Shown here: one piece after another, positions 1 to 7,759 of the stretch | Layout of the letters: every line of letters begins with the position of its first letter | Numbering within the stretch: the stretch's first letter is position 1 | From: a virus | Taxonomy: Duplodnaviria; Caudoviricetes | Reading direction: 5' to 3' (one strand) | DNA: 64,000 bases | Virus record (IMG/VR): IMGVR_UViG_3300002220_000062 | Coordinates: 27,454-91,453 of that record | Position numbers and translations under genes: made by a program | The notes under the pieces: model-generated | Database searches by the model: none | The model's input: only the letters and a program-made list of their open reading frames with translations | Told to the model about the DNA's origin: nothing

Positions 1-75
1 GGTGTAGGTATGTTAGATGAAGAGATAGCAGAATCATTAATAGATGAAAAATTCTATGAAGACCTTTAAATTATA
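1..75 (+). CDS. 3' end of an upstream gene (partial)
   Basis: Frame 1 is open from the window edge (GVGMLDEEIAESLIDENSMKTFKL) to TAA at 73-75, just before the ATG at 80. Confidence 0.5.
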
Positions 76-79
76 AGAA

Positions 80-688
80 ATGAGTAAAAGCTTAGTGCTG
101 AATTTTGAAGTACTAATGAATTTTAACATTTCTGTTGAGGAATTCTTATTCTTATATAATATATCGGAAGATAAACCATTACATAAGGAGAATATAGACT
201 TAGAAAAACTACAACAACAACAATTAATAAAAATAGTAACAGAAGACGAAGAAATAAAATATTTTTTAAGAGAAAAATCTATACAATTAATAGAATTTCT
301 GACAATAGAGATGGAAAATTCTTTAGAGTCAAGTGAAAAAAATATAAAAAAATCAAATCGTGTTATTAACCAGGAAATAGCTGGAAGAATAGAAGAATTT
401 AGAAACAAATGGAAAGGATTAAAATCTGGTTCTATGGGTAGCCAAAAATCTTGCCAAGTGAAATTACTAAGATGGATGAAAGAAAATCCAAGTTATTCAT
501 TTGATGACATTTTAAAAGCAGCTAATATCTATTTAGAAAGTTTGAATGGTGACTACAGATTTTTACAGCGAGCTGATTATTTCATATTTAAACAGGAAAA
601 TAATCGTGAGGAATCTTCTAGATTATCTGCATTTGTAGATGAGATAGGATTAACCAATACCGATGATTGGACTACAAATTTAAATTAA
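80..688 (+). CDS. Hypothetical protein upstream of the helicase, possibly replication initiator or helicase-loader-like
   Basis: 202-aa ORF; function inferred from position before the DnaB-like gene only. Confidence 0.5.
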   Translation: MSKSLVLNFEVLMNFNISVEEFLFLYNISEDKPLHKENIDLEKLQQQQLIKIVTEDEEIKYFLREKSIQLIEFLTIEMENSLESSEKNIKKSNRVINQEIAGRIEEFRNKWKGLKSGSMGSQKSCQVKLLRWMKENPSYSFDDILKAANIYLESLNGDYRFLQRADYFIFKQENNREESSRLSAFVDEIGLTNTDDWTTNLN

Positions 689-714
689 TAATATGAAAAA
701 CAACTTAAAGTAAA

Positions 715-870
715 ATGAGTTTATATACAAGAGTCTATGATGATATTGTAGATAGAAGAAAAAGGTTACTCAATGGGCAAATAAATTGCATCCCTTGGGG
801 ATTACCTAGATTTGAAAATGAATTACCTGGTATTGAACGAGGTAAGTATTATTTAATAACAGCAAATAGT
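715..870 (+). CDS. dnaB: DnaB-like replicative helicase, exon 1
   Basis: ATG at 715 reads MSLYTRVYDDIVDRRKRLLNGQINCIPWGLPRFENELPGIERGKYYLITANS, the usual DnaB segment leading into Walker A. It ends in U at 870 and the unspliced frame hits TAG at 874-876. Absent from the ORF track. Confidence 0.9.
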
Positions 871-1172
871 TTTTAGTTTATAATAATTTAATTTGTAAAC
901 AAACAGAAGCTACGCTAGATGGTGACATCTAGATGATTATCCTTTGAATTGCTGGAAACTCTTAACAAGTAATGTTGAAGACAATCAGCAGCCAAGCTTA
1001 GAAATAAGAAGGTTCAACGACTAGTGCAATAGAGCACGTACACTATAAGTTAATGATAGTGGAAGCGGAGGACATCTCTATGAGATGAAGATATAGTCTA
1101 GTCTATATGGAAACATATAGCAGTTCATAAGAGAACGTATATAAGAGTTACGTCTTATATAGAATATAAACG
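871..1172 (+). ncRNA. Group I intron 1 (IA-like, 302 nt, no ORF)
   Basis: P1 exon TAGT/GCTA (909-912) with U-G at the splice site; P2 CTAGATG-GTGA-CATCTAG; P3 TCCTTTG (940-946)/CGGAGGA (1066-1072); P4 TGCTG (950-954)/CAGCA (986-990); P7 GACTA (1019-1023)/TAGTC (1094-1098) with AAGATA J8/7; two extra hairpins after P7; P9 CTATATG-GAAA-CATATAG; terminal G1172. Confidence 0.92.
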
Positions 1173-1181
1173 AAAGTGGGT
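1173..1181 (+). CDS. dnaB: DnaB-like helicase, 9-nt micro-exon 2 (K-V-G)
   Basis: AAAGTGGGT follows the terminal G of intron 1, ends in U, and restores the Walker A sequence ANSKVGKT in frame. Confidence 0.88.
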
Positions 1182-1255
1182 AGAATTTGCCCCTCTGGTT
1201 AGTAATAATTAGAGCAAACTCAGAATCCTAGAAATAGGGGTTAATTAATAATTAA

Positions 1256-1813
1256 ATGGAAATAATAAAAGCAGGTCAAAAACCAAAAATGGGAGATTTT
1301 GTATATGTTGTACAAGATTATACTAGTTTTACATATAAAGATGCTAATGGTAATTGTAAACATTGTTATCTTGATAATATGTCTTCACTTTGTTACACCT
1401 TAAAAGATGCCGATGAAAAGAAACAAGCAGAAATACTTGAATTATTTAAAAGTATTTTTGATGTTAATTCAAAAGTTACCTTTGGTGTAAATCTAACAAG
1501 AATGGAGTATATTGAGACTCTTAAAAAACATTTTACTTTAATATCTTGTGTAGAAGTTCCAACAGGATATGGAACACGTCAGAAACAATATCATGCTATA
1601 TTTTTTACAAATTCTATGGCTAGAGATTATGGTGGTACTTATAGAGGTAGATTAAATAAAGAAGGTGTAATTGTAAGCACTATGAAACATAGGAAAACTA
1701 TAAATCCTGGTGATAAAATTGACACTGTAATTAATGAAAGTGATATTGAAAAGATAATGTCTTATAAGAGTAAATATCATCTACAAAAATTTCTTAGAAC
1801 AAAAATTAATTAG
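1256..1813 (+). CDS. Intron-2-encoded hypothetical protein A (between the P3 and P4 5' strands)
   Basis: 185-aa ORF with an A-rich leader; no HNH, GIY-YIG or LAGLIDADG motif seen; stop TAG abuts the P4 5' strand. Confidence 0.8.
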   Translation: MEIIKAGQKPKMGDFVYVVQDYTSFTYKDANGNCKHCYLDNMSSLCYTLKDADEKKQAEILELFKSIFDVNSKVTFGVNLTRMEYIETLKKHFTLISCVEVPTGYGTRQKQYHAIFFTNSMARDYGGTYRGRLNKEGVIVSTMKHRKTINPGDKIDTVINESDIEKIMSYKSKYHLQKFLRTKIN

Positions 1814-1847
1814 CTAACGGGGAAACCCTTTATAAAAATAAGTAAAA

Positions 1848-2147
1848 ATGAAAAAAACTACAACAGCGTGTTGTGCGTTATGTCAAATTAATAATGTAAA
1901 TAATGATACAACTATTGAAGAGTTAGAATATGCAATTGACATATTAACTAATCAGAAAGAGAAAAATACAGAAGTAGGTATTACAACAGGTAATGGACAA
2001 ACTTCAGTATTTGTTATAGTTTCTCCTGGAGAATATGTACTAAGTAGAAATCTAAAAAAATTAGGATTTGAACTTAAACACACATTTGAAAGAAGAAAAG
2101 GATATCCACCTGTTGGAGAATTAGAGATGTATATTAAAAATCTTTAA
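1848..2147 (+). CDS. Intron-2-encoded hypothetical protein B (P5 loop), possibly a degenerate GNAT-like fold
   Basis: 99-aa ORF; CCALCQI near the N-terminus and NLKKLGFELKHTF resembling the C-terminal GNAT motif; fold call is weak. Confidence 0.7.
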   Translation: MKKTTTACCALCQINNVNNDTTIEELEYAIDILTNQKEKNTEVGITTGNGQTSVFVIVSPGEYVLSRNLKKLGFELKHTFERRKGYPPVGELEMYIKNL

Positions 2148-2149
2148 TT

Positions 2150-2713
2150 ATGTGGGAGACTTATGAATGGGGAAGGTCAAGATATGACATTCTCTATAAA
2201 GATGGTAGTACAGAAAAGATAAAGAGTGCATGTTTTGCAGCACTTACTCGTACTACTAATAGCACAATTAAGCGTATAAAATTATATGATTTTAAATGTA
2301 AACCAACTATAGAATATCGTAAATGGTATTTAGAATATGTTAGTGATATGTTACAACTAGAAGAGGTAGAAATTACTGAAGACTATATAGCATTTGACGC
2401 ATATGATAATAAAAACAAAAATATGTTAGTATTATCATTATTTAGATTTTTATATGAACAACTTGGTTATGTTACACCTATAATTCAAACACATGAGGTA
2501 TTTTTAGAACCTTTAAGAAATGGAGAATGTGAATATATAGATAAATTAGAAAGATTTTGTTACTTCTATAGTAAAATAGAAACAAAAAAAGCTTATTATT
2601 CTACTATACATTCTTGGTATCCTAAAACTACTGTTATTAAATCAACAGAAGATTTCTTAAAGATTAAAAAACTACCATCTGTTAATTCATTTTTTACTTA
2701 TGAAAAAAACTAA
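2150..2713 (+). CDS. Intron-2-encoded hypothetical protein C (P5 loop)
   Basis: 187-aa ORF starting 2 nt after ORF B; its TAA is part of the P5 3' strand. Confidence 0.8.
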   Translation: MWETYEWGRSRYDILYKDGSTEKIKSACFAALTRTTNSTIKRIKLYDFKCKPTIEYRKWYLEYVSDMLQLEEVEITEDYIAFDAYDNKNKNMLVLSLFRFLYEQLGYVTPIIQTHEVFLEPLRNGECEYIDKLERFCYFYSKIETKKAYYSTIHSWYPKTTVIKSTEDFLKIKKLPSVNSFFTYEKN

Positions 2714-2978
2714 AGACAATCCCGTGCCGTCACTTGATTTTAATATAATAAAAACTAATACATTTAAAGAAGATGATGAAATATGTCATATAAGAAATTT
2801 TATGGTAGGTTTACCTTACTTTTTTAAAGCAACTGATTATGATGTAAAACATTATTCAGGAAAAAATGGTATTTATTTGTTAAAACAATACGGTGTAGAG
2901 ACTAACAATGAGAAACCTAAATCAGGACACATGACAGAAATATCATGGGGTAGTAAAAAACATCCTGATGAAGATTAG
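2700..2978 (+). CDS. Intron-2 ORF D overlapping the ribozyme core (P4' to P8)
   Basis: 92 codons open across P5', P4', P6, P7, P3' and P8; ATG overlaps the end of ORF C; the long P6 loop looks coding. Confidence 0.5.
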   Translation: MKKTKDNPVPSLDFNIIKTNTFKEDDEICHIRNFMVGLPYFFKATDYDVKHYSGKNGIYLLKQYGVETNNEKPKSGHMTEISWGSKKHPDED

Positions 2979-3065
2979 GTTTATGAGATAGTCCGAACTA
3001 TATGGTGACATATAGAGCCAAACAGAAATGATTTGGCTGTGAAAATTAAACAAAAATTAATAAAA

Positions 3066-3566
3066 ATGAAATTATATTTAAAAGATTATAAAAAAAAATC
3101 AACTACATGTGTAAAAAGTTTTTTATTAGATTATTATAAGAATGTTTTCAGTTTAGAAGGAACACCTGCTACATACTTTAGTCCTATATGTGACGAAAAA
3201 GATTTGCAATGTTCTGCTAGAAAATCACGTTCATTTACAGATATGTATTATTTAACTAAAACTTATTTTCCAACATTAACAGAAAAAACTTTTACTAAGA
3301 AATTAGTAGAAGTAATGAAAGTGCATAAGTTAAAATTCTTATTTTGTAATGGTGCAAAAAAAACAGTAATACATGCCAGTTTTGGTACTAATAATCAAAG
3401 AACAAGTAACTTTTTTAAGTCATTAGTATTTGATTATTGTGGTTTATTAAAGACTCAATATAATCTAAAAGGTAATGGAGAGCATTCTATAATAGATGTA
3501 ATAGAATTTTCTGGTTATAAAAATGATGTAATTGAAAAAGAACTTAACCGTTTAAGGAACACATAA
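3066..3566 (+). CDS. Intron-2-encoded hypothetical protein E (after P9.1)
   Basis: Likely start is ATG 3066 because the TTG at 3033 lies inside the P9.1 stem; no recognisable endonuclease motif; ends 8 nt before the 3' splice site. Confidence 0.78.
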   Translation: MKLYLKDYKKKSTTCVKSFLLDYYKNVFSLEGTPATYFSPICDEKDLQCSARKSRSFTDMYYLTKTYFPTLTEKTFTKKLVEVMKVHKLKFLFCNGAKKTVIHASFGTNNQRTSNFFKSLVFDYCGLLKTQYNLKGNGEHSIIDVIEFSGYKNDVIEKELNRLRNT

Positions 3567-3574
3567 CAAAATTG

Positions 3575-4510
3575 AAAACTCAAATAGCCGATTGGTTATT
3601 TTTGTACAATACTATTCAACAAGTTATTGAAAAATCTCTAAATATCAAATTAAAGATATTTTATTTTAGTTTAGAAATGTCTAAGGAAGAAAAGATGCTA
3701 GCAGCTTTCTCTAATATTATATATATTAAAGAAGGTATAAGAATAGCTCCAAAGGACCTTAGAAGTACTAAATCAGATAAAATATTAAGTGAAGAGACTT
3801 TAGAGTTAATATCAAAATATAAACCATATTTCGACAAAATTGAAGAAATAGTTGAATTTATAGATGATATTAGAAATCCCACAGGTATTTATAAATTTGT
3901 TAGAAGTTACGCTATTGCAAATGGTGTACAACATAAGAAAACTATAAATATTAAGGGTACATTAACAGAAATCGATGATTACTATGAACCAAACGACCCT
4001 GAAGAGTACGTTATGGTTTTTATTGACCATATAAGTTTGATTTCTACCGAGGAAGAAGGAGGACAAAAGATGAATTTGCATCAATCTATTGTCAAGCTTT
4101 CTTCAGATTACCTTATTAGATTACGAAATAAATATAAATACATTCCAGTTGTTATTCAACAACAAGCATCTGCTCAAGAATCCGTAGAGAATATGAAAGT
4201 CGGAAGACTTAAACCTTCAATGGATGGATTAGGAGACTGTAAGCTTACCCAAAGGGATGCAAATGTTATATTGGGACTATTTAGTCCTTTTCGTCATGAA
4301 TTAAGAGAATACCAAGGATATGATATTACCTTTTTTAAGGATAATATTAGATTTCTAGAAGTATTAGGTGGAAGAGAAGGTGGTGGTGGTACAGTATGTC
4401 CACTGTTCTTTGATGGAGCAGTGAATTATTTTAAAGAGTTACCAAAACCAATGGACCAAGAAGGGCTTAGAAGCGTTTATAGTTACATTGAGAAAACAAT
4501 TAAAAAATAA
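3575..4510 (+). CDS. dnaB: DnaB-like helicase, exon 3
   Basis: Begins KTQ (second half of Walker A); FYFSLEMS, VFIDHISLI (Walker B), VVIQQQ and QRDANVILGL match SF4 helicase motifs; spliced product is 366 aa. Confidence 0.92.
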   Translation, partial: KTQIADWLFLYNTIQQVIEKSLNIKLKIFYFSLEMSKEEKMLAAFSNIIYIKEGIRIAPKDLRSTKSDKILSEETLELISKYKPYFDKIEEIVEFIDDIRNPTGIYKFVRSYAIANGVQHKKTINIKGTLTEIDDYYEPNDPEEYVMVFIDHISLISTEEEGGQKMNLHQSIVKLSSDYLIRLRNKYKYIPVVIQQQASAQESVENMKVGRLKPSMDGLGDCKLTQRDANVILGLFSPFRHELREYQGYDITFFKDNIRFLEVLGGREGGGGTVCPLFFDGAVNYFKELPKPMDQEGLRSVYSYIEKTIKK

Positions 4511-4834
4511 ATGGGAGAATTAGGAGAGAGAAGAAATGAAGGAAAATTAAAATGGTCTTTAGTAAGTTGGAAAGCTTTAGAACCAATGGTTAAAGTATTA
4601 ATGTTCGGAGCAGAAAAATACGATGACCACAATTGGAAGAAAGGACTGAATTACACTGAAACGTGTGAATCTTTACAAAGACATTTAAATTCTTTTATTG
4701 AAGGAGAGGATAATGACCAGGAATCTGGCATTCCCCATGTAGGACACATTCTATGTAATGCAATGTTTTTATCGTATATGTCTAAATATAGAAAAGACTT
4801 AGATGATAGATTTATTGATGAAAACTTCAAATAA
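4511..4834 (+). CDS. dATP/dGTP diphosphohydrolase-domain protein (DUF5664-like)
   Basis: GKLKWSLV, VLMFGAEKYDDHNWKKG, SLQRHL and DQESGIPHVGHILCNAMFL family pattern. Confidence 0.8.
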   Translation: MGELGERRNEGKLKWSLVSWKALEPMVKVLMFGAEKYDDHNWKKGLNYTETCESLQRHLNSFIEGEDNDQESGIPHVGHILCNAMFLSYMSKYRKDLDDRFIDENFK

Positions 4835-4873
4835 CACCCTTAATAGTGGTGGTTGGACGGAGAAAATGATAGA

Positions 4874-5644
4874 ATGGAAATTAAATTACCAAATACAAAA
4901 GAACCAGCATCAAGAGTAAATCCTAAAACAGTAATTGTATTTAGTCAACCTAAGATGGGTAAAACCACAATAGTAGCAGGACTAGATAATTGCTTAATTA
5001 TAGATTTAGAAAAAGGTACTGATTTTGTTAATGCTTTAAAATATGATGTAATTAGAACAGCGGAATCTGAAAATAAATTACCAATCGTAATCTTAAAGCA
5101 GCTAATAGAAACAATTAAAACAGCTAATGCTGATAAAAAAGGCTATGTGTACAATTTCATAGCCATTGATACAGTTACAGCATTAGAAGATATTGTTTTA
5201 CCATTAGCAAATAAAATGTATAGAGATACCTCTATTGGACGTAATTGGGTAGGAGAAGATGTTACTTCCCTTCCTAATGGTGCAGGATATCGTTATACAA
5301 GAGAGGCGCTTAAAATGGTCCTAAATGAATTAGAAAGTATTTGCGATACTCTAATTATATTAGGTCATACTAAGGATAAACTAGTAGAAAAAGAAGGCAA
5401 AGAAATGAACGAACGAGGCTTAGACCTAACAGGCAAAATGGCTGGTATTTTATGTTCAAAAGTAGATGCCATAGGTTATCTTTATCGCCATGAAAATGAG
5501 ACAATTATTAATTTTCAATCTTCTGAAAGTTTATTATGTGGAGCACGTAGTGAACATTTAAAAGGAAAGGAAATAGTAGTTGCAAAATCCGATGGGACAG
5601 GAAATATCGCAATAGATTGGTCCCAAATATTTATTAATAAGTAA
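4874..5644 (+). CDS. AAA-family ATPase (Sak4/AAA_24-like recombinase)
   Basis: Walker A SQPKMGKTT, IIDLEKG, Walker B IAIDTVT, ILGH; ATG 4874 preferred to TTG 4853. Confidence 0.8.
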   Translation: MEIKLPNTKEPASRVNPKTVIVFSQPKMGKTTIVAGLDNCLIIDLEKGTDFVNALKYDVIRTAESENKLPIVILKQLIETIKTANADKKGYVYNFIAIDTVTALEDIVLPLANKMYRDTSIGRNWVGEDVTSLPNGAGYRYTREALKMVLNELESICDTLIILGHTKDKLVEKEGKEMNERGLDLTGKMAGILCSKVDAIGYLYRHENETIINFQSSESLLCGARSEHLKGKEIVVAKSDGTGNIAIDWSQIFINK

Positions 5645-5667
5645 AATTTTAAAACGAAAGAAAGATT

Positions 5668-6243
5668 ATGTTTGATTTGAATGAAAAGAAATTTGGAGGA
5701 ACCGTTATTTTTAATAATGGACAAGCTGGTATAGCTAAAGGTGTAGAAATTTCTGTGGAGAAAAGGCAAGCGGATGAGCCAGATACATATCCTAATTATA
5801 AATTAGTGGTATCTGATGGTGTATCAAAAGTAAATCAAGGATTTTATTATCCTAAATCTGACCCTAATAAGAGTGAGGAACAAAATGACCAAGCTGCAGT
5901 TAGAGAAGTTGGTAGAATTATGCATATAGCTAGAGCCGTAATGGGTGCTAACTATACATTTCCTAACGTATCTAGTGCAAAAGAAGCATTTGATGTATTA
6001 TTTAATTTAATACGTGAAAATGCAGGTGGTAAAACATTTAATGTCTTTGTTACTTATGGAACAACTGGATATCCAGACAAATATCTTAAATTGAGATATT
6101 TTAATTTTATTGAACCAAGCGATACTGCAGTTAGTAGATTAAAAGCTACTCCTTCAGATTTAATGGAGAGATTAGAACAAGATGCTCCAGTGTCTGGTTC
6201 ATTGGATACCCCAGCTGCCCCTGAGATAGAGAAATGGTCATAA
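5668..6243 (+). CDS. Putative single-stranded DNA-binding protein
   Basis: Lies between the Sak4-like ATPase and the primase; acidic low-complexity tail ending in W; function inferred. Confidence 0.45.
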   Translation: MFDLNEKKFGGTVIFNNGQAGIAKGVEISVEKRQADEPDTYPNYKLVVSDGVSKVNQGFYYPKSDPNKSEEQNDQAAVREVGRIMHIARAVMGANYTFPNVSSAKEAFDVLFNLIRENAGGKTFNVFVTYGTTGYPDKYLKLRYFNFIEPSDTAVSRLKATPSDLMERLEQDAPVSGSLDTPAAPEIEKWS

Positions 6244-6257
6244 TTAAATAATTAATT

Positions 6258-6280
6258 GGGGGAGGAAACTCCCCCTTTTT
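6258..6280 (+). terminator. Rho-independent terminator
   Basis: GGGGGAG-GAAA-CTCCCCC stem followed by TTTTT. Confidence 0.85.
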
Positions 6281-6293
6281 ATACCGTAAAATT

Positions 6294-7331
6294 ATGATAA
6301 ACTTAAACAAAAAATTAATAACAAAACAAGACGTTTTAAATGAAACTACAGACGTAGATATCTATAGGTTTTATATAGGTGGTTATATAGATTTTTCTCA
6401 CAAAATAAAATCACCATTAAGAAAAGATGATATTAGACCATCATTAGGCTTCTTTAAAGGAGATAATGGAGAAATATGTTTTAATGATTTTGTATTAGGT
6501 GGTGGAGATTGTATAAAATTTGTACAACTTCTTAAAGGATTAGATTTCTTTGAAGCTCTTAGCTTAATAGCAATTGATTTTGGTTTTGCTGATAAATATA
6601 TCGTTAAAAAGATTAAAGGAAGTGAAACAGTTTATGATTCTTCAAAATATGAAAGTAGAGACAAAATTATTAGTAAAATAGTTGCGTTTAATCTAGGTAT
6701 AAAAAGAAGAGCATGGACAGCATATGATTATGCCTTTTGGTTACAATTTGGTATTGATTCACAAACATTAGAAAAATATAATGTTGTTCCTGTATCCTAT
6801 ATCTTTATGAATGGTTTACCTATATTAGCAGAAAAATACGCATATGCATTTATAGAATTTAAAGACGGAGTAGAGACATATAAAATTTATCAACCGTTTA
6901 GTAAAAGTTATAAATGGTTAAGTAATCACAATGGTTCGGTATGGCAAGGATGGAGTCAATTACCAGAAAAAGGTAAAAGACTTATCATTACTAAATCTTT
7001 AAAAGATGTAATGGCAATTGATTACATTACAGGTGTACCTGTTGTATCTTTACAATCTGAGAGTGTGATGCCAAAAGCTAGTATAATACAAGAATTAAGA
7101 AATAGATTTGAACAAATTTGGATTCTTTATGATAATGATTTTGATAAAGAAGTAAATTGGGGTCATAAATTTGGAGCAGAAATAGCTGAAGAAAATTTTA
7201 TACCTCAAATAGAAATTGATTCAATTTATAAGTCCAAAGACTTCAGTGATTTAGTTAAAAATAAATCAGCAGCAGTAGCTAGTGAAGTATTACGACAATT
7301 AATAACTGATTATGAAACAGCACCATTTTAA
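6294..7331 (+). CDS. DNA primase (DnaG/TOPRIM, crAss-type)
   Basis: SPLRKDDIRPS N-terminal region, IITKSLKDVM, ILYDNDFD TOPRIM DxD motif, KDFSD. Confidence 0.85.
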   Translation: MINLNKKLITKQDVLNETTDVDIYRFYIGGYIDFSHKIKSPLRKDDIRPSLGFFKGDNGEICFNDFVLGGGDCIKFVQLLKGLDFFEALSLIAIDFGFADKYIVKKIKGSETVYDSSKYESRDKIISKIVAFNLGIKRRAWTAYDYAFWLQFGIDSQTLEKYNVVPVSYIFMNGLPILAEKYAYAFIEFKDGVETYKIYQPFSKSYKWLSNHNGSVWQGWSQLPEKGKRLIITKSLKDVMAIDYITGVPVVSLQSESVMPKASIIQELRNRFEQIWILYDNDFDKEVNWGHKFGAEIAEENFIPQIEIDSIYKSKDFSDLVKNKSAAVASEVLRQLITDYETAPF

Positions 7332-7342
7332 TAATTAAAAGT

Positions 7343-7759
7343 ATGGAAGAACAATTAATAACATTTGAAACAGCTAAACTAGCTAAGGAAAAGGGATTTA
7401 ATACCTCTAATACAGGTTATAGGTATGATAAAAAAGGGGATAGGATTATGGACACCCCTTTAGATAGATTATTATGGGGTACTAATTACCCTATAGCAAC
7501 ACAATCACTACTTCAAAAATGGTTAAGGGATATTCATAATATTCATATAAAAGTTGATGATTTTATAGATGATGAAACTTGTATAGAATGGGATTATGAA
7601 ATTGTAATAATTGGTACAGATTGTACTATTACAGGTGAATATATACCATTAGTTCCATATAGTACAAATGACACATTAAGACAATTTTTAAATTATGAAT
7701 CTGCATTAGAATCAGGATTAGAAAAAGCTTTAAAATTAATAGAATTATGCAAAAAGTAA
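7343..7759 (+). CDS. Hypothetical phage protein
   Basis: 138-aa ORF; paralog of the next gene. Confidence 0.75.
   Translation: MEEQLITFETAKLAKEKGFNTSNTGYRYDKKGDRIMDTPLDRLLWGTNYPIATQSLLQKWLRDIHNIHIKVDDFIDDETCIEWDYEIVIIGTDCTITGEYIPLVPYSTNDTLRQFLNYESALESGLEKALKLIELCKK

Larger units (their letters stand above)
1182..3574 (+). ncRNA. Group I intron 2 (2393 nt) with multiple internal ORFs
   Basis: P1 exon GGGT/GCCC (1189-1192) with U-G; P2 CTCTGGTTA-GTAA-TAATTAGAG; P3 CTCA (~1218)/TGAG (2909-2912); P4 ACGGG (1817-1821)/CCCGT (2721-2725); P5 CTTTA/TAAAG; P6 GCCGT/ACGGT; P7 GACTA (2900-2904)/TAGTC (2989-2993); P8 AAACCTAAATC/GATTAGGTTT; P9 CTATATG-GTGA-CATATAG; P9.1 GCCAAA/TTTGGC; terminal G3574 directly before AAA ACT CAA (KTQ). 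Confidence 0.88.

Noticed and set aside
874-876. TAG readthrough or alternative genetic code, as in some crAss-like phages, to explain the broken helicase
   Set aside because: Further in-frame TAA stops follow, the region pairs as a group I intron, and long genes elsewhere are intact under the standard code.
871-3574. Intein or group II intron interrupting the helicase
   Set aside because: There is no continuous reading frame, no intein splice residues, no reverse transcriptase ORF and no GUGYG 5' end; group I P1-P9 elements are present instead.
3572-4510. Stand-alone helicase starting at TTG 3572
   Set aside because: It would begin in the middle of Walker A; the TTG is the last three bases of intron 2, including the terminal G.
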